52,463 nt of DNA from Candidatus Lloydbacteria bacterium (GCA_043719805.1 JAYSTI010000055.1:68760-121222), one strand, 5' to 3'; numbered from the stretch's first letter, positions 8,827-16,576 are shown. Notes: generated from the letters alone by a model not told the origin. Made by a program: numbers and translations.

Positions 8827-10553
8827 GATAACGAAAGTTTATTGCGTAATTCTGCGGCAAGTACGGCGGGGTCGAACGGCCGGGCATTGAACTTGAGAAT
8901 TTTCTCATGGCACACGATGCCGGTCTTTTCGCGCAAGAGTCCCGCCAATTGTCCGTTATGATTTGCTTCAACATCGATGATGCGCGCTACGCCATCGAGT
9001 GCCTTCATGACCTCCTCCTCAGGGAACGGCTCCATCCACAATATCTGCACGAGGCGCAGTGGGGTTTCAATCATTTTGCATGCTTCAAGCATGGGGCCTT
9101 TAGTTGAACCGAAGAACACGACGGCATCCTTTGCCGATGAGTCGCCGTACACTTTTACCGTTTCGCAAGTACGCGAATCAGCTCGGATTCCCTCCATTTT
9201 TTTCCATCGTTTCTCCTGCATTGCCTGCACCATTTCCGGTTTGTCGGACGCGACGCCAAACTCATCATGCTCGTAGCTTGTTGCTTTTACTTTTGCGTTC
9301 GAAGTGCCGGGAAATGCGAGTGGGGATACGCCGTCGTCAGCGAAGCGAAACCGGAGATACTCGCCTTCTGTCTGTGGTTTGTGTGGCGTCACTACCTTAG
9401 CGCCCTTTTCAACAATCGTTGTTTGATAACTTTCCGAAAGTTGCTTATCAAGAAGAACAATGGCTGGGGTCTGAAACTTCCATGCCAAATTAAGTGCGGT
9501 TCGCGCGGCGGTGTATGCTTCCGCTGCGTCTCCCGGGGCGATGACAATGCGAGGAAATTCCCCATGACCGGCAGAAACAACGAACCGTAGGTCACCCTGT
9601 GATGTTCTCGTGGCCGCACCTGTCGCCGGACCTTGTCGTTGCGATACGGCAACAGCAAGCGGCATCTCGGTCACACCGGCAAACGAGAATGCTTCCTGCA
9701 TAAGGGCGAATCCTCCCGTTGCGGTGCCGGTGGCAACGCGCTTTCCCGCATAGGCAACACCGAGTGCCATGTTGATTGCAGCGATTTCATCCTCGGGATG
9801 AATCACTGTGAGGTCTGTAGTGACTGCTTCTTTGGCGAGAAAGTGCAAAATACCTGATGCGGGGGTCATGGGATATCCGATATAAAATTCAAGGCCGGCG
9901 GAAAGAAATCCCAAGGCGACAGATTTGTTTCCCTCGAGAAGCTCTCCCGTGTGCACACACCCACCATTCACAGTTAGCTCGCTCTTCGGCATAAGTCCGG
10001 ATTCTTTTGCGGCATCATATCCGCGCATTGCCAGCGAGACATTCATCGCAACACCACCCAAAATGTCGCCAAAGACTTCCCCAAGCATTGCTTCGGCCTC
10101 TTCGCGTGAGCGCCCGACGAGATAGCAATATGCACCAACACCAACCGACGGGCCTGCTGCATGCGGTGCACCGGCCCCCTTTACCGCAGCCATCATCGGT
10201 AGCGCCACCACCTTGCATGAAAGTTCTTTCAGTGCTTCGGCGTGCGGGGCATCCACAAATACCACTGCCCCTTCTTTGAGTTCTTCGAGATGAAGAAGCA
10301 CTGACTCTGAATTCATCGCAATGATCGCATCAAGCGCGGAATGATCGGCGTGCACCTCTCTTGCCCCGTACGTCATTCGACCAAAATTGTGTCCTCCGCG
10401 GATAAGCGACGGGTACTCCATCGTGAGATACACAGAACAGCCGATATGTTGCGCGAGTTCTGCAAGATGCAATCCTCCCTCCTTGATTCCATCCCCCGCG
10501 GCACCCACGACGGCAACCGTAAAGACCGGAATATTTTGTTTTACTGTGTCCAT
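8823..10553 (-). CDS. 2-oxoacid:ferredoxin oxidoreductase, alpha subunit (gamma-alpha fusion type)
   Basis: The N-terminal gamma-like domain reads VAVVGAAGDGIKEGG. The alpha core reads GNKSVALGFLSAGLEFYIGYPMTPAS. The track start at 10556 is TTG; the next codon, ATG at 10553, is preferred. Confidence 0.9.
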   Translation of the reverse strand: MDTVKQNIPVFTVAVVGAAGDGIKEGGLHLAELAQHIGCSVYLTMEYPSLIRGGHNFGRMTYGAREVHADHSALDAIIAMNSESVLLHLEELKEGAVVFVDAPHAEALKELSCKVVALPMMAAVKGAGAPHAAGPSVGVGAYCYLVGRSREEAEAMLGEVFGDILGGVAMNVSLAMRGYDAAKESGLMPKSELTVNGGCVHTGELLEGNKSVALGFLSAGLEFYIGYPMTPASGILHFLAKEAVTTDLTVIHPEDEIAAINMALGVAYAGKRVATGTATGGFALMQEAFSFAGVTEMPLAVAVSQRQGPATGAATRTSQGDLRFVVSAGHGEFPRIVIAPGDAAEAYTAARTALNLAWKFQTPAIVLLDKQLSESYQTTIVEKGAKVVTPHKPQTEGEYLRFRFADDGVSPLAFPGTSNAKVKATSYEHDEFGVASDKPEMVQAMQEKRWKKMEGIRADSRTCETVKVYGDSSAKDAVVFFGSTKGPMLEACKMIETPLRLVQILWMEPFPEEEVMKALDGVARIIDVEANHNGQLAGLLREKTGIVCHEKILKFNARPFDPAVLAAELRNKLSLS

Positions 10554-10559
10554 CAAATT

Positions 10560-10648
10560 ATTATACCAGAAGTTTTCCCATGGGTGCGGTGCATAACAGG
10601 TATACTTTTAAGAAGCTGTTTTTCGCCGTAAACGGTGTTATACTTTGG
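10560..10648. promoter_or_regulatory. Divergent promoter region between OFOR and the hydrogenase (candidate -10 boxes)
   Basis: On the minus strand, TATAAT (10560-10565) ends 6 nt before the OFOR ATG, which would imply a leaderless or near-leaderless mRNA. On the plus strand there is an extended -10-like tgtTATACT at about 10637-10645, and a second TATACT at about 10609-10614. No convincing -35 boxes were found. Confidence 0.3.
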
Positions 10649-11191
10649 ACATTAATTGCCATTTTTTCCTATGGAAACACAAAAAAAATAGCTATCGGTT
10701 GGTTCTCCTTCTCTTGCTGTGAAGACAGCACAATCGTCTTTACTGAGCTCATGAACGACCACTGGCAGGAGTGGAAGCGCACTTTTGATTTCCGCCATGT
10801 AAAAGTGTTGAAAACAAACAACATCATGGATTCATTCGATATCGCATTCATCGAAGGGGCAATGGCAAATGAGGCGCATGTCGAGAAACTCAAACATATT
10901 CGCAGTATTTCTACAAAATTGGTCGCCATCGGCGCTTGCGCCGTTACGGGTGGGCCCTCCGCGCAACGCAACAATTTTACCCCCGAACAAACGGCGAACA
11001 TTCAGTTCCTCGTTGACCGCTTTGGTGCATTGCCCAAGGTGCTCAAAGTTTCTGACGTTGTCACGGTCGACGCTTCTGTCCCCGGCTGCCCAATGAATAC
11101 CGACATCTTCATGAAAGCCGTGTCTGCACTTATCGCCGAGCTCCGCCCTGACTTAGCTACACCGGCCGCTGCGCTTACTCCTACAAATTAA
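10580..11191 (+). CDS. [NiFe]-hydrogenase small subunit, short single-cluster form (start codon uncertain)
   Basis: KKIAIGWFSFSCCEDS ... DIAFIEGA ... LVAIGACAVTGG ... VPGCPM match the core motifs of the NiFe small subunit / NuoB-fold family. The whole protein has only four Cys. The conserved part begins near 10685. Confidence 0.8.
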   Translation: MGAVHNRYTFKKLFFAVNGVILWTLIAIFSYGNTKKIAIGWFSFSCCEDSTIVFTELMNDHWQEWKRTFDFRHVKVLKTNNIMDSFDIAFIEGAMANEAHVEKLKHIRSISTKLVAIGACAVTGGPSAQRNNFTPEQTANIQFLVDRFGALPKVLKVSDVVTVDASVPGCPMNTDIFMKAVSALIAELRPDLATPAAALTPTN

Positions 11192-11207
11192 TGTTCATTC
11201 CACCGTC

Positions 11208-12500
11208 ATGCATACATTCGATTTATCGATGGAACACATCACCAAGATTGAAGGTGACGCTTCCATTTCTGTAAAAGTTGAAGACGGCAAAGTGACGGAT
11301 GTGAAATTCCAGACCGTTGAATACAAACGCTTCTTCACTGAGGCAATGAAGGGAAAAGCAATCATGGCGATTCCGCAACACTTGGCGCGTATCTGCGGCA
11401 CATGTTCGAATGCACACGTCATGGCTGCCATCCTCGCATGCGAAGACGCACTCGACATTGAACCCTCAGAGCAGACCAATGTGCTGCGCGCACTCACGAT
11501 GCACGGCCTCACCATTCGCGACCATGCGCTCCATCTCTATCTCTTTTCATTACCCGATGTATACGGCAAAGACGCTTTTCTTGACCTCGACGAGAATATT
11601 CCCGAGGAACACCAAATACTTCACGATGGTTTTGGCATCAAGGCTGCGGGAAACTTCCTTGCGACTCTTATTGCGGGACGCTCCGTTCACGCACACTATC
11701 CGACGATAGGCGGCTTCCTTCATTTCCCCGACCAAGTGGGTATCGATGAAGCTATCGCAAAAATGGAAGCAATGCGCCCTGCGGCACTTCGTCTGGTCAA
11801 AATATTCCTCGACCAGCCATTCCACTTTGACCGCAACACCAATTACCAGGCACTCATTCCTAACGGCAACTTCGGATATATCACGGGGGCAATTCGCACA
11901 AGTCGCGGTGAAATATTTCCCAAGAGTGAGTACCGCAATCTTCTGGAACATGTCGTTCTCCCCTACTCACAGGCATCCGCATACAAATATAAAGGCGATG
12001 GCTACATGGTGGGCTCGCTTGCACGCATCAACATCGCGAAGGACAAACTTCACCCCAACACCAAGGCATCGATCCCCGAGGCGCTCGCGCTCTTTCCATC
12101 GACGGATATTTTCCACAATAACCTTGCACAGGCGATCGAGATACTTCATTCACTCGATGAATCGGTTGAAATTCTCCGCACGCGCAAATTTACTCCTGAG
12201 CCTTTGATCAAAAAGCCTGCACGTGAGGCAGTCGGTGTCGGCATTGTCGAAGCTCCGCGCGGAACGCTTTATCACAAACTCGTCTTGGGCGCAGACGGAC
12301 TCATCGAAGAAGGCGAGGTCATTGTTCCCACAGGTCAGAATCAGATCAACATCGAACAAGACATGGGCCGCTACGTCGAAGGACTCCTCGCAAATGGAGT
12401 ACCCCGAGAAAAAATGCCGCTGGAGATGGAGAAGTTGGTGAGAGCCTACGACCCCTGCATGTCCTGCGCGTCCCACTTCCTCAAAGTGAAGTGGATATAA
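11208..12500 (+). CDS. [NiFe]-hydrogenase large subunit (group 3-like by size and motifs)
   Basis: 430 aa. The N-terminal ITKIEG is present. The L1 motif is RICGTCSNAH (RxCGxCxxxH) and the C-terminal L2 motif is DPCMSCASH, followed by a 7-residue tail (FLKVKWI). Confidence 0.9.
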   Translation: MHTFDLSMEHITKIEGDASISVKVEDGKVTDVKFQTVEYKRFFTEAMKGKAIMAIPQHLARICGTCSNAHVMAAILACEDALDIEPSEQTNVLRALTMHGLTIRDHALHLYLFSLPDVYGKDAFLDLDENIPEEHQILHDGFGIKAAGNFLATLIAGRSVHAHYPTIGGFLHFPDQVGIDEAIAKMEAMRPAALRLVKIFLDQPFHFDRNTNYQALIPNGNFGYITGAIRTSRGEIFPKSEYRNLLEHVVLPYSQASAYKYKGDGYMVGSLARINIAKDKLHPNTKASIPEALALFPSTDIFHNNLAQAIEILHSLDESVEILRTRKFTPEPLIKKPAREAVGVGIVEAPRGTLYHKLVLGADGLIEEGEVIVPTGQNQINIEQDMGRYVEGLLANGVPREKMPLEMEKLVRAYDPCMSCASHFLKVKWI

Positions 12501-12530
12501 CAAAAAGAATATAGTGATACGAAATTAAAA

Positions 12531-12557
12531 GAGAAACCCAATGAGGTTTCTTTTTTA
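12531..12557 (+). terminator. Intrinsic terminator after the hydrogenase large subunit
   Basis: A 7-bp stem (agaaacc / ggtttct) with a 6-nt loop is followed by TTTTTT. Confidence 0.7.
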
Positions 12558-12726
12558 ATTGCCACCGTAACCGAAGTTTAATCTTACCGAGAAAAAATAT
12601 ATGCCCCATCATCTGAACCAAAATGTTTGAGCCTTTACCCTGAAAAGGATTAAACAAATTATTTCTCAATAATGAGAAACTTGGTGTGTTGAAGTCATCG
12701 ATTTCCACAAAAATACACACTATACA

Positions 12727-12747
12727 AAAAGCCCCTCGGGGGCTTTT
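12727..12747 (-). terminator. Intrinsic (bidirectional-looking) terminator
   Basis: aaaagcccc tcg ggggctttt is a perfect 9-bp stem lying 20 nt beyond the stop of the 12767-13225 gene. Confidence 0.7.
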
Positions 12748-12766
12748 GTTGATGGTGCACAAAGAC

Positions 12767-13225
12767 TCACTTGCTCCAGATGACCTTGATTGTCTTCTTG
12801 TGGTCGCCCTTGTCGAACTCGATACTTTCCACCCCATGCAGTGCAACACTGTGGGCCACAATGCGCGCTTGAGTCTTGAGACTTCTCGGCGTGCCTTTCG
12901 GGACGGCCTTTCTGCACATCGCACAGTAGACCTCCGAGATGACCGAAGCAACGCCGTCAGTTCTCCAGCCGGAGTCGTGGTAGCAAGAATTCTGGAACTC
13001 GTCCTCCCTGTGCCTGCTGATCATGAGGTCATCGATAGATGTCCCAACGAGCGTGTAGTTGGAGGGTCGCCAGAAGAAAAATCCGATATGGCGAGTGAAT
13101 GTGCCAGCCTCCATACTGCCGACACTGAGTCTGAGCGGCAGAAAGAGCGCCTTGTCGCGTGTGCCACGCGGAAGGGCGAGCTCAACCATGGCAATGACTG
13201 CGTCCGAAATATCCTGCTTGAACAT
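12767..13225 (-). CDS. Hypothetical protein (152 aa)
   Basis: ATG at 13225 (MFKQDIS...); the track start at 13246 is TTG. A terminator lies downstream. No family recognised. Confidence 0.5.
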   Translation of the reverse strand: MFKQDISDAVIAMVELALPRGTRDKALFLPLRLSVGSMEAGTFTRHIGFFFWRPSNYTLVGTSIDDLMISRHREDEFQNSCYHDSGWRTDGVASVISEVYCAMCRKAVPKGTPRSLKTQARIVAHSVALHGVESIEFDKGDHKKTIKVIWSK

Positions 13226-13421
13226 GTGTGTTCTCCGAAATTGCAAATGGGCAGGAAATCATATCTTAAAAAATCATACGCTGTTTTACTTACTTCGTCA
13301 ATAGCTCGTTATGGCTCATTAAAACTGCCACCATCCTCCTTCATTTAATGCTGAGTTTTTTGCGGGGAACGTCACCATGGGTCGAATCGAGACAGACCAG
13401 GCGATTGCCATGCTTCCACTT

Positions 13422-13736
13422 CTACCACAAAAGCTCATCCGACAAATTCACCGGAGGGTTATAGTTTTCTACGCATCGACAGAGTGCAGACACAAACTCT
13501 CGAGAAAGAGTCGGGTATCTGTTGGCGATATCGTCCTCGAAAGCAGCTGCCTGCCACAATTTCTTGGTTATCGAATCAACAAGATGTTTTGCGATATTAA
13601 CGACCTCGTCATATGCATCCTGATATTCCTTACCAAACTTTTGCATATTCATAAGATCAAAAAGCTCGCCAAATTTTTTGACCTCTCCAAGGCTCCCTGC
13701 TTCTAATATCTGTCCTCCAAATTTCTCAGTTGGCAT
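13422..13736 (-). CDS. Hypothetical protein (104 aa)
   Basis: ATG ORF in the same orientation as the previous gene, with acidic/helical composition. No family recognised. Confidence 0.45.
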   Translation of the reverse strand: MPTEKFGGQILEAGSLGEVKKFGELFDLMNMQKFGKEYQDAYDEVVNIAKHLVDSITKKLWQAAAFEDDIANRYPTLSREFVSALCRCVENYNPPVNLSDELLW

Positions 13737-13918
13737 ACGTTTATTATAGACTATTTTCTAGCGCCGTCTGATGAATTTCATCTTCCACCCGCAAAGACAA
13801 CTCAGTTGCTTTGTGTTCGATGGTCCGAATTATGCAATAAAACAAAAGGTTTTCACGCCTATTTGATTCCTCGCACCTAGTGTTCTTCTTCGCCTCGAGT
13901 CCATTCCATTCTTCCAAT

Positions 13919-13956
13919 AAGTACTATTTACCCGCGATAGCGGCTAAATAGTACTT
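13919..13956. repeat. Palindromic element, copy 1 (upstream of the PaaX-like gene)
   Basis: aa GTACTATTTA c CCGC gata GCGG c TAAATAGTAC tt. It has 10-bp outer arms plus 4-bp inner arms. A second copy lies at 14693-14728. Confidence 0.85.
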
Positions 13957-14013
13957 TGTGTTACTACGTAGATATTGAATAATATTGTAAGGGAAATAAA
14001 CAATCAAATCGTA

Positions 14014-14610
14014 ATGTCAAAAACGAAAACAGGAGGCAGCGAAACAAACGGTGTCTCAAAAAGGCGGGTTGGGCATGTGCAGCAAAAAATACTGCTTCTC
14101 TTGCTCGGCGGGTTGGCGCTCGGGCTTTCGCGGTCTCCGAAACAATACTTTCGTGTGGTCGGCGAAATAAAGGCAGAGTGGAACGCCATCAATCGTCGCG
14201 CACTGAATCAGGCGATCCAGAATCTCTACAAGTCAAAGCTCGTCAGCACCAAAAGTGACAAAAATGGCACACTCACCCTCATCTTGTCGAAGGAGGGCAA
14301 AGAGGTGGCGCTCCGTTATGATCTCGACAACATGGTCATAAAAATGCCTGCATATTGGGACAAAAAATGGCGGGTGGTTATGTTTGATGTGCCGGAAAAT
14401 CTAAAACGTGTCCGCGATACTCTCCGCATGCATTTCAAGGGAATGGGATTCTATGAGTTTCAAAAATCAGTTTTTGTGCATCCCTATCCCTGCGCGAGTG
14501 AGGTCGAATATATCGTGGAATTCTACAATGCACGGCGCTACATCAGATTCATCACCGCCACCGAGATCGACAATGCACCGGAACTCATGCGCCACTACAG
14601 TCTAAGCTAA
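14014..14610 (+). CDS. PaaX-like regulator: winged-helix N-terminus plus Cas2-like-fold domain
   Basis: The N-terminal QQKILLLLL...LYKSKLV region looks like a wHTH. WRVVMFDVPENLKRVRDTLRMHFKGMGFYEFQKSVFVHPYPC matches the Cas2-like central domain of PaaX-like proteins. The track start at 13975 is TTG; the first ATG is at 14014. Confidence 0.7.
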   Translation: MSKTKTGGSETNGVSKRRVGHVQQKILLLLLGGLALGLSRSPKQYFRVVGEIKAEWNAINRRALNQAIQNLYKSKLVSTKSDKNGTLTLILSKEGKEVALRYDLDNMVIKMPAYWDKKWRVVMFDVPENLKRVRDTLRMHFKGMGFYEFQKSVFVHPYPCASEVEYIVEFYNARRYIRFITATEIDNAPELMRHYSLS

Positions 14611-14692
14611 CTCCACCCCACAACAAGTCCTCGCAACGAGAATGCTTCTATTGCTCACCGACGCAATCTCTTTGGCTAACATTCCATCACTA

Positions 14693-14728
14693 GGTACTAT
14701 TTACACGCGATAGCGGCTAAATAGTACC
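14693..14728. repeat. Palindromic element, copy 2 (downstream of the PaaX-like gene)
   Basis: g GTACTATTTA c ACGC gata GCGG c TAAATAGTAC c. It has the same orientation as copy 1 (asymmetric gata centre). A cattccat block is shared upstream of both copies. Confidence 0.85.
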
Positions 14729-14879
14729 TTCGTTTATTGTACCCCTAACCCATGGGCTAAGTGGGGGTTGGCGACGGTCACACTTTCGAGTTGAATGGAC
14801 CTTGCGTTCCTAGACAAAATGATAGAAACATGCCATAATTTAGAGAGCAATCTCGCTGAACCTTTTGGAGAAAGACGCC

Positions 14880-15125
14880 ATGCGTAAAACCCTTGCTCTC
14901 GTCGCTGTCCTGGCTGCCGCGACCCTGGCCGGCGGATGTGTGGTTGCCCCCGCTGGCAGCTATCGACCCATCGTACGGACGGAACCCATCGTCATCATCG
15001 ACGTCGCCCCGGTTCGCGTGTACGTGCCGCCAGTCATCTTCTTACCGCTCCCGTACTACTACCACGAACGGCACCACGTACCGCCTCCGCGTTGGCACCA
15101 TCGCCACAGGCGCCACGGACACTGA
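14880..15125 (+). CDS. Small lipoprotein with a Pro/His-rich C-terminus
   Basis: MRKTLALVAVLAAATLAGGC carries a lipobox (LAGGC). GGAGA lies 8 nt upstream of the ATG. The tail reads HERHHVPPPRWHHRHRRHGH. The gene is markedly GC-rich. Confidence 0.6.
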   Translation: MRKTLALVAVLAAATLAGGCVVAPAGSYRPIVRTEPIVIIDVAPVRVYVPPVIFLPLPYYYHERHHVPPPRWHHRHRRHGH

Positions 15126-15147
15126 GTCGAAATCAAGTCCCCGCCTC

Positions 15148-15179
15148 AATGGCCCTCCTCGTGAGGGCCATTTCTTTTT
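15148..15179 (+). terminator. Intrinsic terminator after the lipoprotein gene
   Basis: A 9-10 bp stem (aatggccctc / gagggccatt) is followed by ttctttttc. Confidence 0.65.
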
Positions 15180-15187
15180 CCGGAAAT

Positions 15188-16417
15188 TTACAAAAACAAC
15201 AGGTCTCTACTCGTGTCATCAAAATCGGTGCCGAGTTTTTTGCGACTGAGGGCGTTGTGGGTTGAGGCGAGATAGACGAGACGTTTGCCGTGCTTCTCTT
15301 CCAGAGAGTCTATCCGACGATGTATGGACCCGAGCTTATCGGCATTGTCGGTCTCGCCAAACAAGTCTCCCTGTGAGACCCCGCATGGAACGAGGTCGTG
15401 CAACGTGACGCCCGTCGTGCGATACAGCACTCCGCGTTTGTGCAACTCTCCGAACTTTGCCGCCACGAGCGCAGTAATTATCTCGGGGGCGCTCGTCGGT
15501 ACCGAAAGAGCTAGTGTACATGCGGCGTACTTGAAATCTTTGGTCTTGAGAAATAGAGAAACTTTTTGGGGCGATAGCTGATACCGTCGCGCTTTTGCGC
15601 ACGCATCCTCAATGTGTTTTGAAAGCTGGGAAAGCAAAAATATTTTGTCATTCGTCGGAGGATGGAATGTCTGAGTTTTTTGAATAGAGGAATATGACGT
15701 CTTTTTTCTCGAATCAACATCCGAGACCAATATCCCGTTGAGTTCAAGCCAGATGGTCTCGTACGGTTTTGAAAAGTTTTCCCTCACCCAACAAATTTCC
15801 TTTCGGGAAAAATCGAGCGCCGTGTGTACCCCCTTCTTTTTCATGAACTCTGAAGTACGCGGTCCGATGCCCCACACACTCTCGATTGAAGTTTTGACCA
15901 GAAAGTCCGGCGCAGTGGTGGCATGAATAATTGTCAGACCGTTCGGCTTTACCCATTTTGTAGCAATTTTCGCGAGTACTTTTGTTGGCGCGATACCAAT
16001 CGTCACGGATAGATTGAGCTCCTCGGCAGCCTCCCGCTTGATGCGCTCGGCAATTTGTCGGTAGGTCATCTTGAGCGGCGGCTCGAGCCCCGTGAGGTCG
16101 GCGAAGCATTCATCAATACTGTACTCTTCGACGTCGTCCGCATATCGGCGGACAATGTCGAACATCGTACTCGAGTAGTGCGCATACGCCGCATAGTCTC
16201 CGGGAAGAATGACGACACTTGGGAACTCTTTCTTCACGCGGAATATCGGCATCCCACGAATAATGCCGAGCGCCTTCGCCTCGTACGACAATGCAGACAC
16301 GATGCCGCGCTCTTCGCCGGTGACGACAGGAAAGCCTTTCAACGTGGGGTCTTTCGCGACCTCAACGCCGACAAAAAACGCATCCCCATCCATATGTAAA
16401 ATTGTTTTCTCAGTCAT
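15188..16417 (-). CDS. dinB: Y-family DNA polymerase (Pol IV / DinB-like)
   Basis: The sequence has HMDGDAFFVGVE, SIDECFADLTG, and GIAPTKVLAKIA and VWGIGPRT helix-hairpin-helix regions. Confidence 0.9.
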   Translation of the reverse strand: MTEKTILHMDGDAFFVGVEVAKDPTLKGFPVVTGEERGIVSALSYEAKALGIIRGMPIFRVKKEFPSVVILPGDYAAYAHYSSTMFDIVRRYADDVEEYSIDECFADLTGLEPPLKMTYRQIAERIKREAAEELNLSVTIGIAPTKVLAKIATKWVKPNGLTIIHATTAPDFLVKTSIESVWGIGPRTSEFMKKKGVHTALDFSRKEICWVRENFSKPYETIWLELNGILVSDVDSRKKTSYSSIQKTQTFHPPTNDKIFLLSQLSKHIEDACAKARRYQLSPQKVSLFLKTKDFKYAACTLALSVPTSAPEIITALVAAKFGELHKRGVLYRTTGVTLHDLVPCGVSQGDLFGETDNADKLGSIHRRIDSLEEKHGKRLVYLASTHNALSRKKLGTDFDDTSRDLLFL

Positions 16418-16576
16418 GCTGCTACAGAGAACTTATGCAGAGACGCTGGAAATGTTCATATTTTGAATGCAGTGCGAAGTCTCGGACTGAGGCAATGTCG
16501 AGAAGTCGTAGTCATCTACGACGACTCGGCTTGCCGAAGGAGAGACGAGCAATGCGTCAAAATTTGAATATTTCCG

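Noticed and set aside
10580-10690. The N-terminal 37-aa extension of the hydrogenase small subunit as an export (Tat) signal or membrane anchor.
   Set aside because: There is no twin-arginine motif (the sequence is NRYTFKK). A Sec-type N-in anchor would put a cofactor-loaded enzyme outside the cell. The start would also lie only 24 nt from the divergent OFOR start. It is reported as a start ambiguity instead.
12481-12951. A 156-aa minus-strand ORF spanning the hydrogenase 3' end and the AT-rich spacer.
   Set aside because: It crosses two strong terminator hairpins and overlaps the 12767-13225 gene. It has an Arg/Ser-rich low-complexity translation and is likely spurious.
14893-15265. 118-aa and 109-aa ORFs overlapping the lipoprotein gene.
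   Set aside because: These are alternative frames of a 65% GC segment with Arg/Pro/Ser-rich translations. The lipobox-bearing frame with an RBS is the credible one.
16418-16576. GAAC...GTTC in the lexA-dinB spacer as a Cheo-type SOS box.
   Set aside because: The half-sites are 21 nt apart rather than 4, so it is not a canonical box.
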